DNA from: a virus
Virus record (IMG/VR): IMGVR_UViG_3300019458_000033
Span: 1 to 64,000 of that record
Length of the DNA stretch: 64,000 nt
Reading direction: 5' to 3' (one strand)
The position numbers were made by a program, and so were the translations under genes. This document shows, one piece after another, positions 7,804-16,509 of the stretch. Under the pieces are notes generated by a model. The model saw only the letters and a list, made by a program, of their open reading frames with translations, was not told the origin of the DNA and did not search any database. Numbering within the stretch: the first letter of the stretch is position 1; every line of letters begins with the position of its first letter.

Positions 7804-8430
7804 ATGAAAAAGGGCCAGCGCCAGATCATCGACGTCACCCCCACGGTAGCTCCCGGCGAGACCCTGCCGGCGAAGCCCGACAAGCCGGGCCGGATGCGCA
7901 CCTACGAATTCCCGATCTCGTTTGACTATCTTGCCAAGGAAATCTTTGGCACCAAGCAGACCGGCCCCGCCGCGCGCGGGCGCTTCATCGACCTGCTGCG
8001 CAATTGCGGCGACGATGAAATCCGCAAGGTGGTAACCCTGTGGGACTCGACGCCGCCATCCAGGCGCAGCAAGTTGCTCATCGAGGACCTCTGCCAGCGA
8101 GCGAACGTCGAATGCCGCTGGCTGGTCGAAAAGGCTGCCGGGCTGATGTTTGACCTGGGCGGCGACGTGTCGAAGATGATTGTGGCGATCTCGCAGCCCG
8201 AGGTGATTCGCAAGACCGTCCAGCAGGCGCTCAAGGCCGATGGGCACAAGGACCGCAAGCTGTTCCTGCAAGGCTCTGGATTTGTGCCCGCGCCGGTCAA
8301 TCAGTTCGGCCTGATGGTCAACAACCAACTGCCGGGGCCCGGCCAGCCGCCCGCGCACGGGCCAGCGCCGATCACCAACGTACTGTCAATCGAAGAGCAG
8401 AATATGGCCGAAGACCAGTTTGGGGAGTAG
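7804..8430 (+). CDS. hypothetical protein
   Basis: ORF in track, co-oriented. No motif recognised; a small-terminase role cannot be supported from sequence alone. Confidence 0.55.
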   Translation: MKKGQRQIIDVTPTVAPGETLPAKPDKPGRMRTYEFPISFDYLAKEIFGTKQTGPAARGRFIDLLRNCGDDEIRKVVTLWDSTPPSRRSKLLIEDLCQRANVECRWLVEKAAGLMFDLGGDVSKMIVAISQPEVIRKTVQQALKADGHKDRKLFLQGSGFVPAPVNQFGLMVNNQLPGPGQPPAHGPAPITNVLSIEEQNMAEDQFGE

Positions 8431-8439
8431 ATTATATAG

Positions 8440-9198
8440 ATGGCTACGTCACCCAGGATCGTGTGTTTCTTCTCATGCGGGGCCGCATCAGCGGTAGCCA
8501 CAAAACTGATTCTGTCGAAATACGACCGGTCAAGGGTAGTAATTCTGAATGCATTCATCCTGGAAGAGCATCCCGACAATCGTCGCTTCCTAACCGACTG
8601 TGAAAAGTGGTTCAACCACCCGATCACGATTTTGCGCGACGAGAAGTGGAGCGCCTCAGTTCATGAGATTTGGCGTCAAAAGCGGTACATCGTTAACGGG
8701 ATATATGGGGCTCCGTGCTCCGCGCATCTCAAAAGAGACGTGCTAGAAGCTGCCTGCTTGCCGGATGACATTTATGCCTTCGGTTACACAGCAGACCCAA
8801 AAGACGTTAGGCGCTCCGAGCGGCGCAGGGGGCCACAAGCCCTATTCCCCCTGATTGAAGCAAACCTCACCCATAACGATTGTCTGGCGATGGTTGAGCG
8901 GGCTGGGATTAGACTGCCAGAAATGTACCGACTTGGCTTCAACAACGCGAACTGTATTGGCTGCTGCAAGGGCGGCGAGGGCTACTGGAACAAGATTCGA
9001 GAGGTTTTCCCGGAGAGATTTGCTGAGGTGGTTCAGATCCAAGAGGCAATCGGACCTGGTTCTTACATGTTTCGCAACCGGAAGACCGGCGAGCGCTTCG
9101 CGCTGAAGGATCTTCCGGTTGGGGCTGGCCGCCACGATGAGCCGCTACCCAACTGCTCCATTTTCTGCGACTTAGCGGAGCAGGATATGAATCAATAA
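8440..9198 (+). CDS. PAPS-reductase-like PP-loop ATPase family protein
   Basis: N-terminal IVCFFSCGAASAV resembles the SGGxDS PP-loop. Cys cluster NANCIGCCKGGEGYW. GC lower than its neighbours. Confidence 0.55.
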   Translation: MATSPRIVCFFSCGAASAVATKLILSKYDRSRVVILNAFILEEHPDNRRFLTDCEKWFNHPITILRDEKWSASVHEIWRQKRYIVNGIYGAPCSAHLKRDVLEAACLPDDIYAFGYTADPKDVRRSERRRGPQALFPLIEANLTHNDCLAMVERAGIRLPEMYRLGFNNANCIGCCKGGEGYWNKIREVFPERFAEVVQIQEAIGPGSYMFRNRKTGERFALKDLPVGAGRHDEPLPNCSIFCDLAEQDMNQ

Positions 9199-9200
9199 AT

Positions 9201-9215
9201 TTGCGGAATCCGCAA
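9201..9215. repeat. palindrome family copy, perfect
   Basis: Starts 2 nt after the stop at 9198 and ends 17 nt before the ATG at 9233. Confidence 0.9.
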
Positions 9216-9232
9216 AAACAGAAAGGTATTCC

Positions 9233-9934
9233 ATGGGAAACGTTTATCAGATCCAAAATCCTGTCACCGGAAATCCCTACACCGTCGCGGATGGCCCGGT
9301 GCCAGGATTTGTCCTGGCTCCCGAGCGGTGGCGCTCGCAATATGCGCCCTATTGGCAGGTGTCGCCGTTCATGCCCGCGCCGTGGACGGCCTTCCCGCTC
9401 GATCCGGTGGAGCACGACGCCAAGCAAGAGCAGTTTGAGCGCGTGCAGGGCGTGATGCTGACCCGCAAGCAGTGGAACGACGCGGGCGGCTCAAACGCCG
9501 ACTACAAGCCGTTTTTGAGCCGCTACGGCCAGGACTACGAGTATTTCCTGGGGATCATTGACCCGATCCCCGCTGATCTGGCGGCGGGCATCGCCGCGCA
9601 CCAGCAGATGTGGGACGCCTACGGGCTGGGTTTGGCCGGCTGCAACGGCTTTGTGAATCGCGGCGCTGACCAGGCCGGGCGGCCCGAGATCGTCAACCTG
9701 TTTTTCGAGGACGCGCCGCTGCCGCCGCCCGCGTCGAAGCGAAGCGGCCGGCTGAAGTGGCGTAAGGAAGACGTGACGCCCGAGGCCCTTTCAAATAGCG
9801 CTGTCTGGGCGAACCAGTGCGTTATCGACTACCAGAAGGCGCTGATCGACGGCGGCATCTACGTGCCGCTACTGCACCCGCACGCGCCGGGTGAGTTGCA
9901 GCAGCGCAATGCGGCCCTGGCCCCGAAGGGCTAA
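9233..9934 (+). CDS. hypothetical protein
   Basis: ORF in track; GAAAGG upstream. Confidence 0.6.
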   Translation: MGNVYQIQNPVTGNPYTVADGPVPGFVLAPERWRSQYAPYWQVSPFMPAPWTAFPLDPVEHDAKQEQFERVQGVMLTRKQWNDAGGSNADYKPFLSRYGQDYEYFLGIIDPIPADLAAGIAAHQQMWDAYGLGLAGCNGFVNRGADQAGRPEIVNLFFEDAPLPPPASKRSGRLKWRKEDVTPEALSNSAVWANQCVIDYQKALIDGGIYVPLLHPHAPGELQQRNAALAPKG

Positions 9935-9944
9935 GGTGGAAAGC

Positions 9945-10160
9945 ATGTCCCTGAAAAGGCGGGAGTTTTTGGCGGCGCTGGTCGGAGCGCCGCTGACTAG
10001 CGCAGAGTTGCGGAATCCGCGAATCATCGTATGGAAGCCTCGTTCACTTGGCGTGACGACAGGGCAGAGGCTTCTCGTTTTGCAGCAGTGGCGCAATGGG
10101 TACATCAGTCCAGGCCCGGCCGAACTATTTCAGTTTATGTCCACGCTCACTGTAGAATAG
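9945..10160 (+). CDS. small protein with twin-arginine (Tat)-like N-terminus, paralogue 1
   Basis: SD AAGGTGG precedes the ATG. N-terminus MSLKRREFLAALVGAPLTSAELRNPR. The 5' end is near-identical to 13649-13729. Confidence 0.6.
   Translation: MSLKRREFLAALVGAPLTSAELRNPRIIVWKPRSLGVTTGQRLLVLQQWRNGYISPGPAELFQFMSTLTVE
9957..9991 (+). repeat. 35-bp perfect direct repeat, copy A (partner at 13661-13695)
   Basis: AGGCGGGAGTTTTTGGCGGCGCTGGTCGGAGCGCC is identical at both sites. An 18-nt core also occurs at 13229-13246. Confidence 0.9.
10008..10022. repeat. palindrome family copy, 1 mismatch (TTGCGGAATCCGCGA)
   Basis: Inside the CDS, where it reads LRNPR. Confidence 0.75.
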
Positions 10161-10167
10161 CTTCCAG

Positions 10168-12363
10168 GTGTACGACGCCGAGATCAACGAGCGGCGGCTG
10201 TTTAAGGCCGAGCAGGGTCTGGGGTTCAAGCTGACACGCTACGAACCCGGGGACTCGATCGACCGGGCCGCCGCCATCATCCGCAAGTACGACCCGCGTG
10301 CAAGACGCTGGAAGAATCCGCCCAATAAATCCGAGCACGAGTTCATCCTCAACGAGCGAACGCTGTGCCGGCATGACTTCCCATATTACACCCGCTACTG
10401 CCACGTCATCGACAAGGAATCCGGTCTAGTCCCCTACCGGCCATACAAGGCGCAGTGGATGCTCAACGAGTTTCGTGCCGAGCACGAGCGCGCTGGCATC
10501 GCAATGGAGTTCTTTAACCTCAAGGCGCGCCAGCTTGGGGTTTCGACCGATTCTGAGATGGTGGTCTCGCACCGGGCGCAGTTCGGCAAGTACCTGTATT
10601 GCCTGGTAGCCTCCGCCGACCCCGACAAGTCGAAAACGATGTCGGAAATGATGATCCGAAACTGGAAGGCGATGCCGTTTTTCCTTATGCCTGATCTAAC
10701 CTCGATTCGTAGCGGGGAGGAAATCCAGTTTGGCAACCAGGATGTAACAATCGCGATTGAGTGGCTCAACCAGAAGTCGGGCTTGGCGCGCGGCCAGACG
10801 CCGCACGTGGCCCACGTCAGTGAGGTCTCAATGTGCGAAGACCCGGAGGACAAGATCGACGCATCGCTAATGCGCGCCATGCACCCGTCGGCCAAGCTCT
10901 ACGCGATGTATGAATCGACCGCCAACGGCCAAGGAAACTGGTACCACGATACCTGGAAAACTACCAAAAAAGAGTATGCGGCAAGGCGCTCCAGGCTGCG
11001 GCCGGTCTTTCTGCCATGGTTTGTCGGAGATGACAAGTATCCGACGCCGGCATGGCTGAGAGCACAGCCTATCCCGAGCGATTGGAAGCCGCACGAGCTG
11101 ACCATCCGGCACGCCGAGCGCGCCGCGGTGCATGTAAAGAATACGCCGTATCTGTGGAAGCGACTTGGCCTGGGCTGGAAAATGCCGGTCGAGCAGATGT
11201 GGTTCTGGGAATGCACGCGAGAGACACACCGCCGAAATAAAACTCTAAACGTTTTCTATCAAGAGTTGTGCTCTGACGACATTGAGGCTTTTCAACTGGC
11301 GCTGACCTCGGTTTTCGACACTGAGCAAATCGCGCTATTCCTGGAGCATCAGAGGGAGCCGCTTCAGATTTGGGGCCTGCGCGCCTCCCCGGACGTAATT
11401 CCACCGCGTAACCAGCCCCAGGATTACGAGGTTGAAAAGGGAAGCGTGCGGCCAGGCAACGAGCCAAGGACGCTGACTTGTCCCAACGGCCAGAAGTTCG
11501 ATATGGTGCCAATTAACTACGAGCAGGCCAAAGCCGACCCGATGGGCAAAATCTTTATCTGGGAAGAGGCGAAACCAGGGAATCTCTACGGCATTGGCTG
11601 CGACCCAGGGCACGGCGTCGGCGAAGACCGCTCGGTAATCGAAGTCATGCGTAAATCGACCATAGCTCGTTGCCCAGGACTGGTTGCCGAATACGCAAAT
11701 GACCGCATCGGCGCTTCCGATATGTTGCCATTCGCCTATGCGCTAGGTGTGCTCTACACGACGACGGTGGAGGACTACCTGCGGCAGCCCAAATTCGTTG
11801 TCGCCGTTGACACCAGCGGCGACACACTGATGAAGGCGTTGATTCGGTTGGGGATGACCAATCAGCACATTTGGGTAACCTACGATCGGTACGGCCGCCA
11901 GATTACCAATAACCCGCGCCTGGGAGTGCTCGGGGTGCATTGGTTTCGCGAGAAGGCGACCGAGAAAATCGTCAAATCGTTGCGAGACTACCTGATCGAG
12001 GTCGATTCACCGTGGTTCCTCGAGGAGATGGGGACGTTAGGGTACGACCCTGGAAAAGATCGCTACGAAGCAAGCGCCCAGGCGCACGACGACCGATTCA
12101 TGGCAGCGGCTTATGTCCATCTTTCGCTTCACGTTGATGATCCAGAGCCGGCCAACTCCGCCTTTGGGCTGCGCAAGATCGAGGCCGAGGTGCCTATCGA
12201 GCAACGCTACGCCCGCTTCCCAGGAGACGCCTTCGCCTCGTCGCTGCCGCTGGGCGATGAGATGCGGGCCTATATGGACCGCTTTATGGGCGGCGCGCCA
12301 CCGCGCGCGCCCCAGCAGGCTAGCCGCGTCAGCTACATAAAGACAAAGCCGCCCGCATCGTGA
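10168..12363 (+). CDS. terL: terminase large subunit
   Basis: KARQLGVSTD Walker-A-like ATPase segment, CLVASAD, and a C-terminal RNaseH-like nuclease part (GIGCDPGHGVGEDRSVIEV, AHDDRFMAAAY). Lies upstream of the portal gene. GTG start is uncertain. Confidence 0.8.
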   Translation: MYDAEINERRLFKAEQGLGFKLTRYEPGDSIDRAAAIIRKYDPRARRWKNPPNKSEHEFILNERTLCRHDFPYYTRYCHVIDKESGLVPYRPYKAQWMLNEFRAEHERAGIAMEFFNLKARQLGVSTDSEMVVSHRAQFGKYLYCLVASADPDKSKTMSEMMIRNWKAMPFFLMPDLTSIRSGEEIQFGNQDVTIAIEWLNQKSGLARGQTPHVAHVSEVSMCEDPEDKIDASLMRAMHPSAKLYAMYESTANGQGNWYHDTWKTTKKEYAARRSRLRPVFLPWFVGDDKYPTPAWLRAQPIPSDWKPHELTIRHAERAAVHVKNTPYLWKRLGLGWKMPVEQMWFWECTRETHRRNKTLNVFYQELCSDDIEAFQLALTSVFDTEQIALFLEHQREPLQIWGLRASPDVIPPRNQPQDYEVEKGSVRPGNEPRTLTCPNGQKFDMVPINYEQAKADPMGKIFIWEEAKPGNLYGIGCDPGHGVGEDRSVIEVMRKSTIARCPGLVAEYANDRIGASDMLPFAYALGVLYTTTVEDYLRQPKFVVAVDTSGDTLMKALIRLGMTNQHIWVTYDRYGRQITNNPRLGVLGVHWFREKATEKIVKSLRDYLIEVDSPWFLEEMGTLGYDPGKDRYEASAQAHDDRFMAAAYVHLSLHVDDPEPANSAFGLRKIEAEVPIEQRYARFPGDAFASSLPLGDEMRAYMDRFMGGAPPRAPQQASRVSYIKTKPPAS

Positions 12364-12501
12364 TAGAGTCTGTGCAGGGCGGTGGTCGTTTACGACGGGT
12401 TCGAACCGGATCGACGGGACTTGGGGGCACGCCCTGGAGAGAGTCCAGGCCCGCCCGTTAAACGGAAGCGCAGTTTTGGTAAACAAAAGGAGCAAATTGG
12501 C

Positions 12502-12693
12502 ATGCCCCACGACAAGAACGGTAAACTGCTGCAAGCTGGCGATAAGGTGATCCTGCGCGGGACCGTCAAGGAAGTCTACACCAGCGAAGATTATTGTAAT
12601 TGCGCCGTAGTCCTTGAAGAGAAGATGCCCCCGGACAACACCGACACTGAGATCGCGGCGATTAACACGCACCAAGTCGAAAAGGCGGAATGA
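12502..12693 (+). CDS. hypothetical protein (63 aa)
   Basis: Strong SD AAAGGAG lies 10 nt upstream of the ATG at 12502. Confidence 0.55.
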   Translation: MPHDKNGKLLQAGDKVILRGTVKEVYTSEDYCNCAVVLEEKMPPDNTDTEIAAINTHQVEKAE

Positions 12694-13265
12694 CCACCTG
12701 CGAAAATTGCGGCGGCCCGGTCGAGATCGGGGATTTCCCGCTCTGCCGCGGCAACCCGGCTGACCACAAGGGCGGGCACGGCTCGATGCTGATCGGCAAT
12801 GCCGCCCGTATCGACACCGTGGTCTATTTCAAGAACTCCAAGGGCGAGGTCTGCCTGCCGGGGCGCAACGACGAGGCAACCCCGCGCGGCTACGAGCGCT
12901 GCGAGACGACGCAGCCCTCGGAGGTTCGCGGGCTGCTCAAGCGCATGGATACCGAGTCGCGCATCCAGCACGAGATGTCCCAGATGCGGCAAGAAATAGC
13001 GATGAACGAGCAGCGGACCGCGCTGCGCTCCGAGCTTCGCCGCCAGATGCAGTCGATGTCGCCCAGGGGCCGCGACTTTGCGCGCCTGGCGATCGAGCGC
13101 ACCAACAACCGCGCCCGGCCGCGCTTTGAGCCCGGCAACCATATGGTGGCGCTCGAATACAACGACTCCAACCACGATGCGGCGATGGCCAAGAACGGGA
13201 GAAACGACCATGCAGTTCAGCAGAAGGAAGTTTTTGGCGGCGCTGGGGCTGGCTCCGGCCACTAA
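12690..13265 (+). CDS. hypothetical protein with N-terminal zinc-ribbon-like CxxC
   Basis: MTTCENCGGPVEIGDFPLC. ATGA overlap with the upstream gene. The 3' end overlaps the next start. Confidence 0.5.
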   Translation: MTTCENCGGPVEIGDFPLCRGNPADHKGGHGSMLIGNAARIDTVVYFKNSKGEVCLPGRNDEATPRGYERCETTQPSEVRGLLKRMDTESRIQHEMSQMRQEIAMNEQRTALRSELRRQMQSMSPRGRDFARLAIERTNNRARPRFEPGNHMVALEYNDSNHDAAMAKNGRNDHAVQQKEVFGGAGAGSGH

Positions 13266-13662
13266 CCTCCCAGAAGCGAGGAAGGCGGTTGCGAAAAAAT
13301 CAGCACCAAGCCTCGATCACTTCGGACTTGGCAAACCGCTCTATGCCGGTGAATGGCTCTCTGACCTGATCGTCACGGAAGGCAATAAATACAGGCCGCC
13401 TGAGACCTTCGTATTGGTGATGCTGTCGCGTTCTGATGGTCGGCTGTTTGCCATGAAAACGCGGCAGTATGACGAGGTTACCGCCGGGTCCTGCGAGGCA
13501 GCGAAGCTCAGCGCGCAGATCCGTCTCGCCAAGGCGCTATTCGCAGAGAATCCTCAATTCTTGCGGTTTCACGGAGAAATAGCCAAGATCGCGGTACCGT
13601 TTCCGTTTGAGATCGTCAGCAGGGCTCTCGATCGATGGGGGATGGCGTATGTCGCTACGTAG
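13210..13662 (+). CDS. protein with Tat-like N-terminus, paralogue 2
   Basis: GGGAGA SD. N-terminus MQFSRRKFLAALGLAPATNLPEA. Confidence 0.55.
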   Translation: MQFSRRKFLAALGLAPATNLPEARKAVAKKSAPSLDHFGLGKPLYAGEWLSDLIVTEGNKYRPPETFVLVMLSRSDGRLFAMKTRQYDEVTAGSCEAAKLSAQIRLAKALFAENPQFLRFHGEIAKIAVPFPFEIVSRALDRWGMAYVAT

Positions 13663-14008
13663 GCGGGAGTTTTTGGCGGCGCTGGTCGGAGCGCCAGCGG
13701 CTAGCGCGGCCGGTTTGCGGATTCCGCAAATGGTCATGAAGACGCGCGCCATTGGGCCTACTGACCTTAGCCTGGCCGAGGTTCTCAACGACGGAATAAA
13801 TCCGAGTTGGGATGGGACGATCGAGGCGGCATACGCCGAAGCCGCGATCGGTGCCGGTGAGCCGGATCTGGGCTGGATGAACGCCGAGGCCATGCGGCAC
13901 TTCGAAGACTCTTTCTATCGGGTAGAGCCCACATTGAACGATATCAATCGATTCACCGTGCGCGAGATAAATAAGTCGGTGGTTGACGAGATTTTCGGCC
14001 GTGCCTGA
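13649..14008 (+). CDS. protein with Tat-like N-terminus, paralogue 3
   Basis: N-terminus MSLRRREFLAALVGAPAASAAGLRIPQMVMKTRAIGPT. The continuation resembles paralogue 1 (IIVWKPRSLGVT). Confidence 0.6.
   Translation: MSLRRREFLAALVGAPAASAAGLRIPQMVMKTRAIGPTDLSLAEVLNDGINPSWDGTIEAAYAEAAIGAGEPDLGWMNAEAMRHFEDSFYRVEPTLNDINRFTVREINKSVVDEIFGRA
13661..13695 (+). repeat. 35-bp perfect direct repeat, copy B
   Basis: Identical to 9957-9991. Confidence 0.9.
13715..13729. repeat. palindrome family copy, perfect (central T)
   Basis: Inside the CDS, where it reads LRIPQ. Confidence 0.9.
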
Positions 14009-14024
14009 CCAGACACCCAGCTAC

Positions 14025-16127
14025 ATGATCCCGGACCGATACTCGAAAGAGGAAGATCGGCTGGGGTGGCTGCGCGAAGCCTACCAGGAAGGCGACTCGT
14101 GGCTGCGCTCCCAAAAGGCGATGTCGCAGATGCGCGCGGCGATGGACCTGCTCGCCGGCAAAGAGATCGAGGACATTCCCGCCGAGTTATCGAAAGCCTT
14201 CCACAACCGCCTGAAACGCCAGATCCGCGAAGCTGTCGCCGTCCAGTCGCAAATCAATCCATCGTGGTACTACGAGACCTCGAATCCGCAGTTTGAGCCG
14301 GTCTCAGAGCAGGTTAACCAGTTGCTAAAAAGCTGGTGGTCGTCGTCGTTTGCCGACCTTGCCATTCGCAAGACCGTCCAGTATAAGGTGCCTCTGGGGA
14401 CCGGGTACTCGTCGCCGCGCTGGTCTAAGCCGCGAGGCTCATTCGGCGACGGCGAGATTGTGCTCGACTCGTTTGGGCCGGCTGACGTGCGACTGATCCA
14501 GCCGCCGCGCGACTACGACATTCAACGCTCCTACGCCGTAATCACTACGGTCGAGATGCCGATCAACATGGCGCGGGCAATGTACCCGGCCAAGGCTGCG
14601 CGCATCATCCCCGACCGCGACACGCCGACGTTTGGCGACTCGCAGGCAAAGCGCTGGATGGAGCGGATGACGCGCGGGTTCGGCTCGCTCGCCTACCGCA
14701 TGTTTGGCGTCAAAAAGACCAAAAAGGATCTGGAGACGCGCTTTCCGACCGTGGACGTGCACTATATGTACGTCAACGATGAGGCCATCAACGACTCGCA
14801 GACGGTCGTCTCGATGGGCCAGCCAGGTTCCACGTGGCACTATCAGGTGCCCTATTTCGGCCAGGACATCCCCGACGGGCTGCCCGACCCGGCTACCGGC
14901 CGGCAGACGATGCGGCCGGCCAAACTCGAAGATATCCGGCTCTATCCGCTGCGGCGGCTGGTGATCTTCACCAACACGGCGCTGCTCTACGACGACACCT
15001 CGATCTACTGGCATGGGCGGGTGCCGCTGGTGCGGTTCCGCTCCGACGATTGGCCCTGGGAAGCGCTGGGCTACGGGATGATTCTCGACGGCGCGCCGCT
15101 TCAACGCGAGTTGAACAACGTGCTGCGCGGGCTGGGCGACCGGGTGAACGTGTCGCTGCGGCCAGGGCTGTTGTTTGATGAGAACTCGATCTCGGCGCGC
15201 GAGATGGAGAAAGTTGATCCGCGCAAGCCCGGCGCCCGTATTCGGCTGAATCTGGCCGGCGCGCTGAACCCGATCTCGACGCTGCTGCCGCCCGAGTTGT
15301 TGCGGATTGATTCCTCCTGGGTCGAGTATATCCGGGTTATTGCCGAGTTCATGGATCATCAGTCGGCGGTGACCGACTTCCGCAATCTCGCGAAGGCGAA
15401 GCAAATCCCCTCCGACGCCACCATCGACAAAATCCTGGAGATTTCAGGGCCCCTGGTGCAGGACGAGACGCGCACGATGGAGAAGGCGATGGCGGAGTTG
15501 GGAGAGATGATCCTGCCGATGCTGTTCCAGTTCTACTCCCAGAAGCGCAAATTCTCGATTATTGCCAACGACAAAATTGGGGTGAGTTTCTTCGACTTCG
15601 ACCCGAAAAACCTCGTGCCTAATGAAATGCAGCCGGTGCTGAGCCGCATTCCAGAAACGCAGAAGTGGCGCGTCATGCAGGAGTTTCAGCACGCTTTCCG
15701 AATGGTCGTCCTGCCCAACAGCTTGCACGAAGCAACCCAAACACAGCAAAAGCTGCTCATGCTGCAACTGTGGCGGGACGGCCGCTTCCCGCTCGACCCG
15801 GTGACGCTGGCCCAAACGCTCGGTATCCGCAACTTTGGCGATCCGTGGCCGGAGGTGACCAGCGTCTACGACCGTTACAAGCACTATCTCAAGGACATGA
15901 CCGAGTTCCAGGCGATCCTGGGCGTGCTGGCGACCATGGTGCAGATGCGCGCCGGGCTCGGTGCGATGGCGGGAGGCGCTGGCGGCATGGAGCAGGGTGG
16001 CGCGCCGGGCGAGCAGCCCAAGGCGTTCCAGAACGGCGAGGAGCGGGGCCGGCCACCGAGCGGGCAGAAAATGCCGCAGATTAAATCGAAAGACGGCGGC
16101 GCGCGAACGACTGTAGCCGAAAGTTGA
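14025..16127 (+). CDS. portal protein
   Basis: About 700 aa, lying between the terminase and the scaffold/capsid genes. Acidic and glycine-rich C-terminus. ATG at 14025 follows the upstream stop at 14008. Confidence 0.7.
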   Translation: MIPDRYSKEEDRLGWLREAYQEGDSWLRSQKAMSQMRAAMDLLAGKEIEDIPAELSKAFHNRLKRQIREAVAVQSQINPSWYYETSNPQFEPVSEQVNQLLKSWWSSSFADLAIRKTVQYKVPLGTGYSSPRWSKPRGSFGDGEIVLDSFGPADVRLIQPPRDYDIQRSYAVITTVEMPINMARAMYPAKAARIIPDRDTPTFGDSQAKRWMERMTRGFGSLAYRMFGVKKTKKDLETRFPTVDVHYMYVNDEAINDSQTVVSMGQPGSTWHYQVPYFGQDIPDGLPDPATGRQTMRPAKLEDIRLYPLRRLVIFTNTALLYDDTSIYWHGRVPLVRFRSDDWPWEALGYGMILDGAPLQRELNNVLRGLGDRVNVSLRPGLLFDENSISAREMEKVDPRKPGARIRLNLAGALNPISTLLPPELLRIDSSWVEYIRVIAEFMDHQSAVTDFRNLAKAKQIPSDATIDKILEISGPLVQDETRTMEKAMAELGEMILPMLFQFYSQKRKFSIIANDKIGVSFFDFDPKNLVPNEMQPVLSRIPETQKWRVMQEFQHAFRMVVLPNSLHEATQTQQKLLMLQLWRDGRFPLDPVTLAQTLGIRNFGDPWPEVTSVYDRYKHYLKDMTEFQAILGVLATMVQMRAGLGAMAGGAGGMEQGGAPGEQPKAFQNGEERGRPPSGQKMPQIKSKDGGARTTVAES

Positions 16128-16130
16128 GTG

Positions 16131-16145
16131 TTGCGGAATCCGCAA
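16131..16145. repeat. palindrome family copy, perfect
   Basis: Junction reads TGA-GTG-palindrome-ATG: 3 nt after the portal stop and 0 nt before the ATG at 16146. Confidence 0.9.
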
Positions 16146-16418
16146 ATGCGCGTAACGTCAATAGAATACTTCTTCAATGACACCGAGGAGGCTCTCGCCT
16201 TCGCGAAGGCGAACGATCTGACCTGTTCGATCAGGATCAATCTCAGAAACGGCGTAATCTGCGGCGGCGCAAACCTGAGTACGCCTCGCCAGATCGATAC
16301 CGCCAACGGTATAATTGCGGAGTCGCCTCACGACCGGGGGCGGGGCGGCGAGGGCGACAAGCCCTCCCGTGAGTATTCCGGGAGTACAACCGCCGCCTCG
16401 CCCTTGACAAACCTGTAG
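16146..16418 (+). CDS. hypothetical protein (90 aa)
   Basis: MRVTSIEYFFNDTEEALAFAKANDL... The ATG directly abuts the palindrome and there is no SD. Confidence 0.5.
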   Translation: MRVTSIEYFFNDTEEALAFAKANDLTCSIRINLRNGVICGGANLSTPRQIDTANGIIAESPHDRGRGGEGDKPSREYSGSTTAASPLTNL

Positions 16419-16471
16419 CGTCGTGTCTTAATTGGTTCAGGCGGACGGCCCTTCCAAGGCTTACCGACTTG

Positions 16472-16509
16472 CCTCAATGGGATTTATTCCTGTTGAGGCT
16501 TTTTCTTTT
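16472..16509 (+). terminator. weak hairpin plus T-tract
   Basis: CCTCAA-15 nt-TTGAGG followed by CTTTTTCTTTTG. Confidence 0.3.

Noticed and set aside
12376-12456. A possible tRNA gene, suggested by the GGTTCGAACC motif and a closing acceptor-like stem.
   Set aside because: No cloverleaf can be drawn. There is no valid D-arm or anticodon arm, the T-arm-like hairpin has a non-canonical loop, the acceptor stem has a terminal mismatch, and no CCA or discriminator context is present.
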